A stretch of DNA of 64,000 nt from positions 3,338 through 67,337 of the forward strand of contig CAVXDX010000012.1 of the NCBI GenBank assembly GCA_963760615.1, given 5' to 3'. Positions 8,899-18,201 of this stretch are shown here, piece after piece. Within the stretch, counting starts at the first letter, position 1. Every line of letters starts with the position of its first letter. The translations under genes and the position numbers were made by a program. The notes under the pieces are model-generated. The model saw only the letters and a program-made list of their open reading frames with translations, ran no database searches and was not told the origin of the DNA. The stretch comes from an uncultured Candidatus Micrarchaeota archaeon (GTDB taxonomy: Archaea > Micrarchaeota > Micrarchaeia > Burarchaeales > Fermentimicrarchaeaceae).

Positions 8899-10302
8899 TT
8901 AGGCAACTTCCTTCCCATCTCCTTTCTCAACTCTTCCGTACTCGCTCATGCCCGCCCTCCACAATGAGCCGTACCTCTCGTTCATCTGCTCCTCAATTGT
9001 TTTGCCTCTCTTCACTGCAACCTCAACATGCTTCTTCTCTATGAACTCGCTTCCCTCCACAGAGGCAATGTCTCCTGCAAGCTTTATTATCCCGCTCACT
9101 CCCCTCAGGCGCAGGGTTAATGCAGCAACATCGTCTATTGTTTTGGCCCTCTTCCTCGCCTCGCTTATTATCGCCTGGATTGCGCCTGCATCTGCATGCG
9201 GTATTCTGCCGTCCTTCACTATCTCCTGCGCCACGAACTGCACCATTTTCATCTGGTTCTCTTCAGTGTCATCCATATATGTTTTCAGCAGAACTTCGTA
9301 GCCGTTGCCTGTCATCCTTGACCTCAAGGGCGGGAGCAGCGAAGGCAAATCGCTCATGTTCAATGCAGCAACAAGTATGAAGTCGCATGGAACGGCATCA
9401 ACCCTCACAGATGCTCCTGTGCTCGACTCATTTCTTCCAGTCACTGGGAACTTCTTCTCCTGCATTGCTGTGAGTATGAACCTCTGCAGATAACCAAGAT
9501 TCGCTATTTCATCTACGAAAAGCACTCCCTCATGCGCCTCGTGAATCGCCCCTGGGACAACCCGCATATAGGGCAGCGTGCCTACCTCAGGATGCCCTCC
9601 GTATGGGTCGTGCCTCACGTCTCCGAGCAGCTCAGTCTCTGATGCGCCTGTTGCCTGCACAAATGTCTCCCTCTTTAGGGGCACTATTACCTTCCTAGGT
9701 CTCACTTCTGAATCAATGACCTTTGTGAGCGACTTCTGGTCATACACTCTCACCTTGTCCCCGTCCGCCCTCTCGTATACCATTATCTCCTCCTTCCCAT
9801 CCGGGCATTTCCTCGTTGCATATACACGGTCCTTTGTCTTTGTTGCATTCGTTGAGACAAAATCCTCAAATGGGGATACGCGCTTCATCTGCTTGTCAGA
9901 GCCGCAGTTGGGGCACACCTGAGGGTTCGTGCTGAGCACTCCGCACATTTCGCACCTGCAGCCCAGTTTCTCTGCAATATACTTTGGAATCTTGGAAACG
10001 GGAACTACCACGCCCTCCTCCCTGCTGCCTGAGCATGGCTTGAACTCCCTCACATCCAGCATAGGTCTTTCAGGGTTTGAGAAGTTGTGCAGCACTGCCA
10101 CCTCTTGCTTCGGCGGGGGTATCAGATGGGCCAGAGACTGGGCTATCATGCTCTTTCCGGTTCCCGGAGGGCCAACGAGAAGAAGATGTCTCCTCTGCCT
10201 TGAGGCTATTCTCGCTGCCTCAACTGCGCCACCCTGTCCTATTATCATTTCAAGCGGATCCTTGGGCAGAGCAACGTCTTTTGTGCTCCCCGGTAGGTCC
10301 AT
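8899..10302 (-). CDS. Lon-like AAA+ ATPase without a recognisable protease domain, with an internal Cys4 zinc ribbon
   Basis: IIGQGGAVEAARIASRQRRHLLLVGPPGTGKSM resembles the Lon/LonB Walker A region. LFVDEIANL is Walker B, with a sensor/arginine-finger region after it. A CxxC...CxxC insert is present. The protein ends at 467 aa with no Ser-Lys protease module. Confidence 0.5.
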   Translation of the reverse strand: MDLPGSTKDVALPKDPLEMIIGQGGAVEAARIASRQRRHLLLVGPPGTGKSMIAQSLAHLIPPPKQEVAVLHNFSNPERPMLDVREFKPCSGSREEGVVVPVSKIPKYIAEKLGCRCEMCGVLSTNPQVCPNCGSDKQMKRVSPFEDFVSTNATKTKDRVYATRKCPDGKEEIMVYERADGDKVRVYDQKSLTKVIDSEVRPRKVIVPLKRETFVQATGASETELLGDVRHDPYGGHPEVGTLPYMRVVPGAIHEAHEGVLFVDEIANLGYLQRFILTAMQEKKFPVTGRNESSTGASVRVDAVPCDFILVAALNMSDLPSLLPPLRSRMTGNGYEVLLKTYMDDTEENQMKMVQFVAQEIVKDGRIPHADAGAIQAIISEARKRAKTIDDVAALTLRLRGVSGIIKLAGDIASVEGSEFIEKKHVEVAVKRGKTIEEQMNERYGSLWRAGMSEYGRVEKGDGKEVA

Positions 10303-10359
10303 AGAGTAGCTTTTGATGCTACATTTTTATATTGCTTTTGAAAGGAAAAAAGAAAAAAA

Positions 10360-11694
10360 TCAGAACTTTGTGGATATCAGCATGTCCTCAGGCCTTCGGA
10401 ATATGTTGCCCAACTTCACTCCAAGAAGTATCTTCGCCCCCTTGTTCTCAGCTAAATCAACAAGCCTCTGCGTGATTATCCCATCCAACACAACTGCATA
10501 TATTGGTGCCGTGTCAGTGAGCGCCTTGATCAAATCCCTCACAGGAACTTCAAACTTGAGGGAAAGTTGCTCGTCATATATCCTTGCCCTCAGTGTATTC
10601 TCCAGCTCAGTCAGGCTTGTGAGCAGCATCTGCGGGGGCTCAACCTCTGTGCTTATCTTGGTTATATCTTGCAGGGCAGACTCCTCCACTTTTGGTGGCG
10701 CGGGCTGCATCTCAGGAGGGCGGTACTGCTGCCTCTCTTCCTGTCTTTGTGGATACTGCTCTGGCTTCGGCTGGTACTGCTCCTGCCTAGGCTGGTATGA
10801 AACTTCCTGCTTTGGCTTGGCGTTCTCCGTCACCTGCTCTATTGGAACCTTGCCTCTCAGACATTTTATTATCTCCTTTCTAGTGAGTTCCTCCACCTCC
10901 TTCCCTGCGGGCGCTCTTGCAATGTAGTCAATCTCAGCCACCTGGGAGAGCTCCTTGAGTATGATGTCCCCTCCCCTATCCCCGTCCAAGAAAACAGTGA
11001 CCTCCTTCTCCTTGCACAGTGCTGCAAGAGTTCTAGGCACATTGGCGCCTCCTACTGCAATCACATTGTTTATGTCGTTCTTGAGCAGGTTTATCACATC
11101 TGCTCTTCCCTCAACTATGATTACTGAGTCGTATGTAGTTATGTTTGGACCGGAAGGCAGCTTCTCAGGCCCATACTCGGAAACCTCGGCAGTCTTCACC
11201 TCCTGCCTAACAAGCTGCGAGATCTCCCTGCTCTCAGGTATCTCGGTTGCAAGAAGCGTTTTCAGCAAAGACTTGGCCCTGTCTACAACCACTTTTCTCT
11301 TTGCATTTCTTGTATCTTCTATCTTCTCAACATTCACCCTTGCATCACAGGGGCCCACCCTGTCAACGGTTTCCAGGGCAGCTGCCAGTATGCTCGTCTC
11401 AACCATGTCCAACGAGGATGGAAGCATTATCTTTCCCACGCTCCTGCCTCCCCTCACCTGTATGTCAACCTCTATCCTGCCTATCCTGCCGTTCTTCTGC
11501 AGCTCCCTCAAGTCCAATTCGTCTCCTAGAAGACCTTCAGTCTGTCCGAAGACTGCTCCAACGACATCGGGCTTCTCCACAAGCCCCCCTATCTCAATAT
11601 TCGCGGATATCACATATTTCACAGTGTCAATATACGTCTTAGCCATTTGGATCACCCTCAATTTTCTTTTTGAATTCCTCCAGTTTCCTGTCAA
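10360..11694 (-). CDS. dnaG: Archaeal DnaG primase (Toprim); likely start at MAKTYIDTV (about 11646)
   Basis: KYVISANIEIGGLVEKPDVVGAVFGQTEGLLG matches the archaeal DnaG N-terminus and a Toprim core follows. The C-terminal half includes a Q/P/E-rich low-complexity tract. Confidence 0.8.
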   Translation of the reverse strand: MTGNWRNSKRKLRVIQMAKTYIDTVKYVISANIEIGGLVEKPDVVGAVFGQTEGLLGDELDLRELQKNGRIGRIEVDIQVRGGRSVGKIMLPSSLDMVETSILAAALETVDRVGPCDARVNVEKIEDTRNAKRKVVVDRAKSLLKTLLATEIPESREISQLVRQEVKTAEVSEYGPEKLPSGPNITTYDSVIIVEGRADVINLLKNDINNVIAVGGANVPRTLAALCKEKEVTVFLDGDRGGDIILKELSQVAEIDYIARAPAGKEVEELTRKEIIKCLRGKVPIEQVTENAKPKQEVSYQPRQEQYQPKPEQYPQRQEERQQYRPPEMQPAPPKVEESALQDITKISTEVEPPQMLLTSLTELENTLRARIYDEQLSLKFEVPVRDLIKALTDTAPIYAVVLDGIITQRLVDLAENKGAKILLGVKLGNIFRRPEDMLISTKF

Positions 11695-12115
11695 TCTCCT
11701 CGAAGTTGTACACCCCGAGCAGATACCTCAGTTTCCTCCTTACTTCAGTGTCAGGAAGCACATTGTATGAATACAACGCTTCCTCAACTCTCTTGCACAG
11801 CTTCTCTCCAGTCTCATCGAAATCGGTGAGAACCACCGCCTCGTCAGCAATTTTTGCAACTCTTTTGCACAACTCATCAGGGGTTAGGTTTATCAGGAAT
11901 ATCCTGTTCCTCACCCCTATGCGCTCAAGGGCTGCCTTGTCCCTCTTTCCCTCCACCAGTATCGGCTTTCCGCTTTCCTCCAGCTCCCTCAGAACCCTGC
12001 GGAGCAGCTTCTGCTTCCTCTGAAGCTTCCTCATCCTTAGAGGAGTGAATTTCTTCACTTTCATCACTTGCAACTTTGTAGGTGTAGAGAATAAGAGTAG
12101 AAGTGTACTGTGCAA
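11639..12115 (-). CDS. Small Toprim-domain protein (COG1658-like), immediately upstream of dnaG
   Basis: GKPILVEGKRDKAALERIGV...VVLTDFDETGEKL has the Toprim E...DxD pattern. The probable start is the internal MKVKKF. Confidence 0.55.
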   Translation of the reverse strand: MHSTLLLLFSTPTKLQVMKVKKFTPLRMRKLQRKQKLLRRVLRELEESGKPILVEGKRDKAALERIGVRNRIFLINLTPDELCKRVAKIADEAVVLTDFDETGEKLCKRVEEALYSYNVLPDTEVRRKLRYLLGVYNFEEIDRKLEEFKKKIEGDPNG

Positions 12116-12203
12116 TGTTGACCGAATTTCATTGATCGGCTTTCTCCATCAGCCATCCTTTGCACAGCAGTTATATTTTGAATAAACCCCTATATAAGCT
12201 TGA

Positions 12204-12749
12204 TTAAACTGACTCCTCCTCTACACACTCCTCGCAGGCAAGCTTGCCACCGCTCTTCTTCAGTGTCTCCGAATAGTTGCCGCATATCTCGCAGTTGCCC
12301 GACACAAATTCAGAAGCACCAAAATTTTCCAGCTCTGTTTTCTCGCGTATTATCTCGTAGAGCCCTGGCGATATCCTCACTATGTCCGTCTCTCCTATGA
12401 TGCCTATGAGTTTCCCCTTGTCATTAACCACAGGCAACCTCTTTATCCCCTCATCCCTGAGTATCTCTGCAACCTTCTCTATCATCTCATCAGGCCCTAC
12501 TGTCTTGAGTTTGGAGTGCATAATTTCCTTCATGAGAGTCTCCCTGGGGTCTCTCCCCTCTGCAACCACTTTATAGGTTATATCCCCCTCCGTCACTATT
12601 CCCACTAGAGCGTCATCCTTTAGTATTACTACGGAGCCTATCTTGTTTTCCCTCATAAGCTTCGCTGCTTCCATAGCTGTGTTCTCTTCCTTGAGGGTTA
12701 CAACCTCCCTCTTCATACAGTCTCCTACTCTTATTTCCTTTACCTTCAT
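12204..12749 (-). CDS. CBS-domain pair protein with a C-terminal zinc ribbon
   Basis: Two CBS repeats (VVTLKEENTAMEAAKLMRENKIGSVVIL...; ...KRLPVVNDKGKLIGIIGETDI) and a C-terminal CEICGN...CEEC cluster. Confidence 0.7.
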   Translation of the reverse strand: MKVKEIRVGDCMKREVVTLKEENTAMEAAKLMRENKIGSVVILKDDALVGIVTEGDITYKVVAEGRDPRETLMKEIMHSKLKTVGPDEMIEKVAEILRDEGIKRLPVVNDKGKLIGIIGETDIVRISPGLYEIIREKTELENFGASEFVSGNCEICGNYSETLKKSGGKLACEECVEEESV

Positions 12750-12806
12750 ACACTATGCTTTTGCACTAGTAATTTTATAAAACTTCGCCGAGCAGCTTAT
12801 AATGGT

Positions 12807-13196
12807 GTGGATTTGCTGAGGTATGCAAAGGGTGCACGGGGCGAGAGAGAGCTGATCAACATATTCCATGAGAATGGCTTCTCGGTGATACGGGCAGCCG
12901 GGAGCGGAGTCAGCTCCCTGTGCCCTGACATGCTTGTCTTCAGGAAGGGTTTGCAGTATGCATTCGAATGCAAGGCGTGGAACTCCGGAAGCTTGAGCAT
13001 AGAGAAGGAGAAGTTCAAAGCACTCAAGGAGTGGGAGGACAACACGGGCATAACCACATTCATTGCTTGGAGGATGAACAGGGTGGGCTGGAGGTTCATT
13101 TACCTCAGCGAGCTTGAGGAGAACCCGAGGAGCTACACTGTGACAAGGAGCAGGGCATTGGCAATAGGTAGGGTGCTTGACAAGCTTCTGGGATAG
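12807..13196 (+). CDS. hjc: Holliday junction resolvase Hjc
   Basis: GARGERELINIFHENGFSVIRAAGSG...DMLVF...ECK shows the Hjc nuclease-fold motifs (E, D, ExK) in a 129-aa protein. Confidence 0.8.
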   Translation: MDLLRYAKGARGERELINIFHENGFSVIRAAGSGVSSLCPDMLVFRKGLQYAFECKAWNSGSLSIEKEKFKALKEWEDNTGITTFIAWRMNRVGWRFIYLSELEENPRSYTVTRSRALAIGRVLDKLLG

Positions 13197-13235
13197 GTTT
13201 TTTAATGAAGATAGGCAATATGTAACAGGGGTTCA

Positions 13236-13622
13236 ATGAAGGAGCTTCTTGTACTGGCGAAGGACAGAATAGGGCTTCTGGCTGACTTATCCTACATACT
13301 GGGCCAAGCAGGCATCAACATAGAGTCTATCTCAGCTGATACTCTTGGAGACAAGGCTGTGATACACCTGATTGTTTCCGATGACAAGCAGGGGAAGGAA
13401 TTGCTGGAGAGGGGGGGCTTCATAGTGATGAGCTCGGATGCCATTGTCATAAAGGTGAAGGAGAGGCCTGGCGAGTTTTCAAGGGTCACCAGGGTGCTGG
13501 CAAACGCAAGGATAAACATAAAGAGCACTCAACTGCTCACAAAGGAGGGCGGACTTGCCTTATACACTCTGAGAGTTGATAATGTAAAGAAGGCAGCAGC
13601 CCTACTCAAGGACTATATGTGA
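13236..13622 (+). CDS. ACT-domain protein
   Basis: Two ACT-like segments (LAKDRIGLLADLSYILGQAGINIESISA, and a second around ERPGEFSRVTRVLANARINI). Confidence 0.55.
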   Translation: MKELLVLAKDRIGLLADLSYILGQAGINIESISADTLGDKAVIHLIVSDDKQGKELLERGGFIVMSSDAIVIKVKERPGEFSRVTRVLANARINIKSTQLLTKEGGLALYTLRVDNVKKAAALLKDYM

Positions 13623-13623
13623 T

Positions 13624-14100
13624 TTGATGAGAAAGCTCAAATCCTTCCGCTCTGAAAGCAGGAACTCGCTTCTTAATTGGCATAGAGTGAAGAACCCACT
13701 GAGAGTTTCTCTGAATTTTCTTCTAATATACACTGCAAGATACATGCCTTCACTCAGTGTGAAGAATTTCCTTTACAGGCTTACTGGGATGAAGGTTGGG
13801 AAGGATGTCGCTGTAGGGCTGGGGGCAGTTTTTGATATATTCTTCCCTGAGCTCATAGAGATTGGGGATAACTGCATAATAGGCTACGGGGTGACTGTGC
13901 TGGCACACGAGTTTCTCATCAAGGAGTGGAAGACTGGGAGGGTGAAGATAGGCAGGAATGTCCTCATAGGAGCTAACACAACGGTGCTTGCCGGGGTGAG
14001 CATAGGCGACAACTCAACAGTATCGGCATGCTCTCTGGTGAATGACAGTATACCGGCGGACTCCTTCTACGCAGGAGTCCCGGCAAAAAAGGTGAAGTGA
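13624..14100 (+). CDS. Hexapeptide-repeat (LbH) acyl/acetyltransferase
   Basis: Left-handed beta-helix hexapeptide repeats (IGDNCIIGYGVTVLAHE, IGRNVLIGANTTVLAGVSIGDNSTV). Confidence 0.6.
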   Translation: MMRKLKSFRSESRNSLLNWHRVKNPLRVSLNFLLIYTARYMPSLSVKNFLYRLTGMKVGKDVAVGLGAVFDIFFPELIEIGDNCIIGYGVTVLAHEFLIKEWKTGRVKIGRNVLIGANTTVLAGVSIGDNSTVSACSLVNDSIPADSFYAGVPAKKVK

Positions 14101-14783
14101 GTTTGATGAAGAGGAGTCTTCTTATCATCTCTTTGATAATACTCGTAGACTTGATAGGGATAGCCTATGGGTATTACTACTATGCAGAACAGCTGGGCTC
14201 ATCCCCTCTTTACCTCTGGCTGTTCATACCCGACTGCCCCTTCTATGTCATGGTGTTTACAATTGCACTACTGCTTGCAATCTTTGGATTTGAGAGCAGG
14301 CTCTTCAGCTACATAGCTGCAGTTGGTATGATGGAGTATGGCCTGTGGACTGCAACAGCGCTGGTGCTATTTGGGGATTATTTTTTCTCAAGTAAGCTCT
14401 GGCTGATGTCCTCCGTCCTCTTCATACTCCATATTGGAATGTTCGCGGAAGGCCCGCTGCTCATCCCTAAAAAAATTGGCAGAAGGCACCTGGGTGTAGG
14501 CTTGCTGTGGTTCTTCATAAACGATTACATTGACTACTTCTATGGCTACTTGAACACGGCAGGAGCGTATGTTCTAGGAACGCACCCAATTCTTCCTTCA
14601 GCTGACAGACTTCCTCTCATGATGGTTCTGACCTTCATTCTCACTATACTCTCTAGCTTCTTCGCCTACAGGTGGTCGCAGACCTCCGCAAGCTGGCCTG
14701 CGAGGAAAGAGCTAGAGGAAGTGGAGGGTTACTTTCAGACAGTAAGGAAAACAAGCAGGGGAAGGAGAAGCAGCAGGAAGTAA
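14097..14783 (+). CDS. Polytopic membrane protein of unknown function
   Basis: Several predicted TM helices and no catalytic motif recognised. Confidence 0.4.
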   Translation: MSLMKRSLLIISLIILVDLIGIAYGYYYYAEQLGSSPLYLWLFIPDCPFYVMVFTIALLLAIFGFESRLFSYIAAVGMMEYGLWTATALVLFGDYFFSSKLWLMSSVLFILHIGMFAEGPLLIPKKIGRRHLGVGLLWFFINDYIDYFYGYLNTAGAYVLGTHPILPSADRLPLMMVLTFILTILSSFFAYRWSQTSASWPARKELEEVEGYFQTVRKTSRGRRSSRK

Positions 14784-15415
14784 TCCGCAGGGCTGAATCT
14801 GATGTCGACTGCTACACCTATGTTTTCAGGGTCAAAGCCCCGCGACTCCAGCGATATGGCAAGCTCGCTGGCACGCTTCAGCGATGAGTGTAGGAGAGGC
14901 ACTAGGAGGGGAATGGGAAGTGAGAATGGGGCAAGCTCGTAGCCTCTCACGGCCTGGGATATCCTTATTCTGCCAAGCTTCTCCTGCATGATGGGGAGGA
15001 AGCGTATGGACACTGTGAGCATGAAGGCGAACTCGCTTGGCACCTTGAAGAAGACAAGCGCCTGCAGTATGGATTTGACTTCAGTTGTGTATATGCCTAG
15101 CATGGTGAGGAGTATTATGTTCAGCGTGAAGAGGGAGCCCATGATTCCAGAATACAGGCCATTTCGCGGGTTTATGAGCAGATTAAGGAAGATTGGCAGC
15201 ATGATGAAAAGCCAGCCCGCCCCCAGGTCGCGCAGAGGCTGGGTCAATTGTATGCGGCCCAGCGCATAGAGAAGCAGTGTGAGCAGTGAGCAGAGGATAA
15301 GCACTACGAGGTTCTGCCTTACTATGAGAAGGAGAAATAAGAAGAAGAGGTAGAGTATTTTCACCCTTGCATCAACGCTGTGTATCGGAGAGCTTTGGGG
15401 AATGAACGCTATCAT
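14735..15415 (-). CDS. ecfT: ECF transporter transmembrane (T) component (CbiQ/EcfT family)
   Basis: Polytopic CbiQ-like membrane protein, directly downstream of the ABC ATPase on the same strand. Confidence 0.65.
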   Translation of the reverse strand: MIAFIPQSSPIHSVDARVKILYLFFLFLLLIVRQNLVVLILCSLLTLLLYALGRIQLTQPLRDLGAGWLFIMLPIFLNLLINPRNGLYSGIMGSLFTLNIILLTMLGIYTTEVKSILQALVFFKVPSEFAFMLTVSIRFLPIMQEKLGRIRISQAVRGYELAPFSLPIPLLVPLLHSSLKRASELAISLESRGFDPENIGVAVDIRFSPADYFLLLLLPLLVFLTV

Positions 15416-16272
15416 TCACCCACCTGCAGAGGTTTTTTTAATTTTTTCCTAAGCGGATAGGGAACTTTCAGCCCGTAGCGCTCAATCTTTGGATTTGAGA
15501 GCACGCTCTTCGTAGGACCATCAAGCTCTATCCTGCCACCCTTCACAACCACAACTCTTTCTGCATTATTCAGCAGCATCTCCGTGTCATGCTCAACCAC
15601 AATTATCGTCCTCCCCATCCTGCTTAGGTTTCTCAGCATCCTATAAAGCTCATTAGCACTGCCAAAATCAAGGTTTGAGGAGGGTTCATCCAGCAGTATT
15701 ATCTCAGGCTCCATGGCAAGGGTTGAAGCAACGGTGAGCTTCTGCTTCTGGCCTTCTGATAGGTTGTTCGGGTTCTGGTCCTTCATAGACTCCAGCCCGA
15801 AGAGCCTGAGGTATTTCATAACCCTGGTCTCTATCTCTTCCTTGGGGAGCCTTCTGTTCTCAAGGGCAAATGCAACCTCGTCCCACAGCTTCAGCGAGAA
15901 TATCTGCGAGTTGGGGTCCTGCAGAACTATCCCTATGCCTTTTGAAAGCTCGCTCACGCTGGTTTTTCTGGTATCCCTGCCGCGCACGAGTACCTCACCC
16001 TCAAACTTTCCTTCTATGAGGTGCGGTATGACGCCGTTCATCGTGAAGAGCAGGGTGCTCTTGCCGCTTCCCACAGGCCCTATCACCCCAACAAATTCGC
16101 CCTTGCCAATTGAGAGGTTTAGATTCGACAGGACTTTCTTTTCCCCGTAGGAGAAGCTGAGGTTGCTTATCTGTATAAGCTCTACCATTTCATGTACCTC
16201 TCGATGAACCCAAACCTGAATGCCAGGGTCCATGCTACTGCAACTTCCATGAACCCCTGAAATGCATTCCAC
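15412..16272 (-). CDS. ecfA: ECF transporter ATPase (A) component, ABC ATPase; likely start MVELIQISNL near 16188
   Basis: Walker A GPVGSGKST, LSEGQKQK signature and ILLDEPSSNLD Walker B are all present. Confidence 0.85.
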   Translation of the reverse strand: MECISGVHGSCSSMDPGIQVWVHREVHEMVELIQISNLSFSYGEKKVLSNLNLSIGKGEFVGVIGPVGSGKSTLLFTMNGVIPHLIEGKFEGEVLVRGRDTRKTSVSELSKGIGIVLQDPNSQIFSLKLWDEVAFALENRRLPKEEIETRVMKYLRLFGLESMKDQNPNNLSEGQKQKLTVASTLAMEPEIILLDEPSSNLDFGSANELYRMLRNLSRMGRTIIVVEHDTEMLLNNAERVVVVKGGRIELDGPTKSVLSNPKIERYGLKVPYPLRKKLKKPLQVGE

Positions 16273-17018
16273 AAGAATATCAGGTACCAGGGAACTTCAT
16301 TCATAAAATCGCTGGGCGATATGCGGAAGAAAAGCGGCCCTGCGAAGTAGTAGTTTGAGATTATCATGGCTATGCCGCGGACGATGACGCTCAGGGACGT
16401 GACTATGAGCATTGCATCGGCATTGGAGAAAATGAGGGGACTTACATCCTTGGAGTACCTGCCCCAGAAGTGCAGCACAAGAAGCGAGAATACTGTTATT
16501 GTTGCAATTGGCAGTAAGCCAAGGAGCAGGTCCGATGCTCTGACATTTGTCTGAGTATTATTCAGGTAATTGACGCTGGGGACTGTGTACATTATATCCG
16601 AAGACGGCGGGACATAGGGCTGAGCAGCGAGGTTTGTGTTTATCGACAGGATGAAAAGCATCATGGAGATGAAAAGCGCGAAGAATACATTGATGAGAAG
16701 CTTGCCCAAATCGAAATTCTTCTTTATCGAGAGAAGGTAGAATGCGGGCACGAGGAACATTGGGACTGTAGCAGTGAACTTCATTATGGCGCCAATCCAC
16801 GAGGTGGGGGCAACGAGGGTTATGATGAGCGCGGTAAGGAGGGCTGTGTACATCGCCGCATCGAGCCCGAAGAGTAGGAAGCCAAGCAGAATGGGAACTC
16901 CCACAAGATCAACCGTCATCCCGAAGCCGCTGGGCACCCCTATAACTCCATTGGAAACCTGCAGAATTGCCGCCACGCACGAGAGCATTGCTACTGCGGT
17001 TAGTTTGTATGTTTTCAT
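16182..17018 (-). CDS. Membrane protein, putative ECF substrate-capture (S) component
   Basis: Polytopic membrane protein encoded first in an S-A-T gene order with ecfA and ecfT. At 278 aa it is larger than a typical S component. Confidence 0.35.
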   Translation of the reverse strand: MKTYKLTAVAMLSCVAAILQVSNGVIGVPSGFGMTVDLVGVPILLGFLLFGLDAAMYTALLTALIITLVAPTSWIGAIMKFTATVPMFLVPAFYLLSIKKNFDLGKLLINVFFALFISMMLFILSINTNLAAQPYVPPSSDIMYTVPSVNYLNNTQTNVRASDLLLGLLPIATITVFSLLVLHFWGRYSKDVSPLIFSNADAMLIVTSLSVIVRGIAMIISNYYFAGPLFFRISPSDFMNEVPWYLIFLWNAFQGFMEVAVAWTLAFRFGFIERYMKW

Positions 17019-17140
17019 AGAGAGAGATTTGCTTTTTACTCTTTTAAATGTATTTACTCAAAAATAGTTATTATGAGTAGGCAGCCACTGGTGCCTTGCC
17101 CTAGGGAATATTTTTAAATGAGAGGATAGAAATCTAGAGT

Positions 17141-17617
17141 ATGGGTATGAAAGGACAAAGCGGGGTAGAATACCTGACAATGTATGCCATGGCATTCATG
17201 ATTCTGCTAGTTGTCCTCGCAGGAATTTATTATGTGATGGTGTATTCCACTCCAGTAACTTCTCACTGTGATTTCCCACTGGATTTGCAATGCACTGACT
17301 ATTATATTAATTCTACGGGTAACCTCACCCTAATTATAAAGCAGGAAACGGGCCACCCCATAACAATAACCCAGTTCAACTGCACCAGCAATGACAACCT
17401 CGCTGGGATTACCTCGCCACTGCCAAACCCCGTGAATATCAACAGTGGCATGCAGGATTATTTGTCGAATGGAACCCCCTGCTACAGGCCAAACGGCGAT
17501 GTCGCAAAGGGACGCGTGGGCAGTTACTACACCGGAAAGCTTTTTGTTAAGTACAACGAGACAGACACTGGTTTTGTTCACGTGCTGACGGGAAACATAG
17601 TTGTTAAATATGAATAA
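17141..17617 (+). CDS. Archaeal type IV pilin-like protein (class III signal peptide)
   Basis: The N-terminus MGMKGQSGVEYLTMYAMAFMILLVVLAGIYYV gives a charged residue, Gly, then a hydrophobic helix (prepilin peptidase-type signal). The extracellular beta domain is shared with the neighbouring gene. Confidence 0.6.
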   Translation: MGMKGQSGVEYLTMYAMAFMILLVVLAGIYYVMVYSTPVTSHCDFPLDLQCTDYYINSTGNLTLIIKQETGHPITITQFNCTSNDNLAGITSPLPNPVNINSGMQDYLSNGTPCYRPNGDVAKGRVGSYYTGKLFVKYNETDTGFVHVLTGNIVVKYE

Positions 17618-17645
17618 ATTTATAAAGAGTCCTATGACAAATAGA

Positions 17646-18173
17646 ATGGTGAAGCGGATGAGAAAGGCACAGGCTGCAATGGAATACCTCATAACATATG
17701 GGTGGGCGGTGCTGGTAATGCTGATTGTTGTTGGAGTTCTCTTCTATCTAGGGATATTCAGCCCCCATACAATAATGACATGCACCTTCCAGAATCCGGG
17801 TTTCAGCTGCGCTGCATACAAGCTGACTTCGAATAGTGGGGGTGAAGGCGGCATCATACTTGACCTAGGCCAGTCTACTGGGCGTGACATAAAGGTTGTC
17901 GGTTTCAACTGCACAACCGCCAGCAGCTTCACAGTAATTGATTTTAATGGAGTGACTGCAAACAATGTGACCGTTCCCACTGGAGGTCATGCGCCCCTTA
18001 ATGGGACTGCTGCAGCCATGAAACCCCTTCCATGCTACAAGAACGATGGCAGTATGCTGGGAACTGCGGATGCAGGGAGTTATTACAAAGGGAAGCTCTA
18101 CATCCATTACTGGGATTTGGAGACCAACCTTGACCACAAGGTTACGGGCGACATAGCCGGAACCGTGGAATGA
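17646..18173 (+). CDS. Archaeal type IV pilin-like protein (class III signal peptide)
   Basis: MVKRMRKAQAAMEYLITYGWAVLVMLIVVGVLFYL is the classic KAQxAxEYLxTYGWAxL class III signal. The track ORF starts at 17601 but the signal begins at internal Met 17646. Confidence 0.65.
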   Translation: MVKRMRKAQAAMEYLITYGWAVLVMLIVVGVLFYLGIFSPHTIMTCTFQNPGFSCAAYKLTSNSGGEGGIILDLGQSTGRDIKVVGFNCTTASSFTVIDFNGVTANNVTVPTGGHAPLNGTAAAMKPLPCYKNDGSMLGTADAGSYYKGKLYIHYWDLETNLDHKVTGDIAGTVE

Positions 18174-18201
18174 CTACTTCTTTGCGTTTGAGAGTGATAG
18201 T

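Noticed and set aside
8948-10309. Multiple 60-130 aa ORFs antisense to the Lon-like gene (8948, 9120, 9305, 9578, 9929, 10077)
   Set aside because: All lie inside a well-supported gene on the other strand. They have Ser/Pro/Leu-rich composition typical of GC-skewed antisense frames.
16182-16272. Apparent 90-nt overlap between the ECF S-component-like gene and ecfA
   Set aside because: The ecfA ORF almost certainly starts at the internal MVELIQISNL (about 16188), which removes the overlap.
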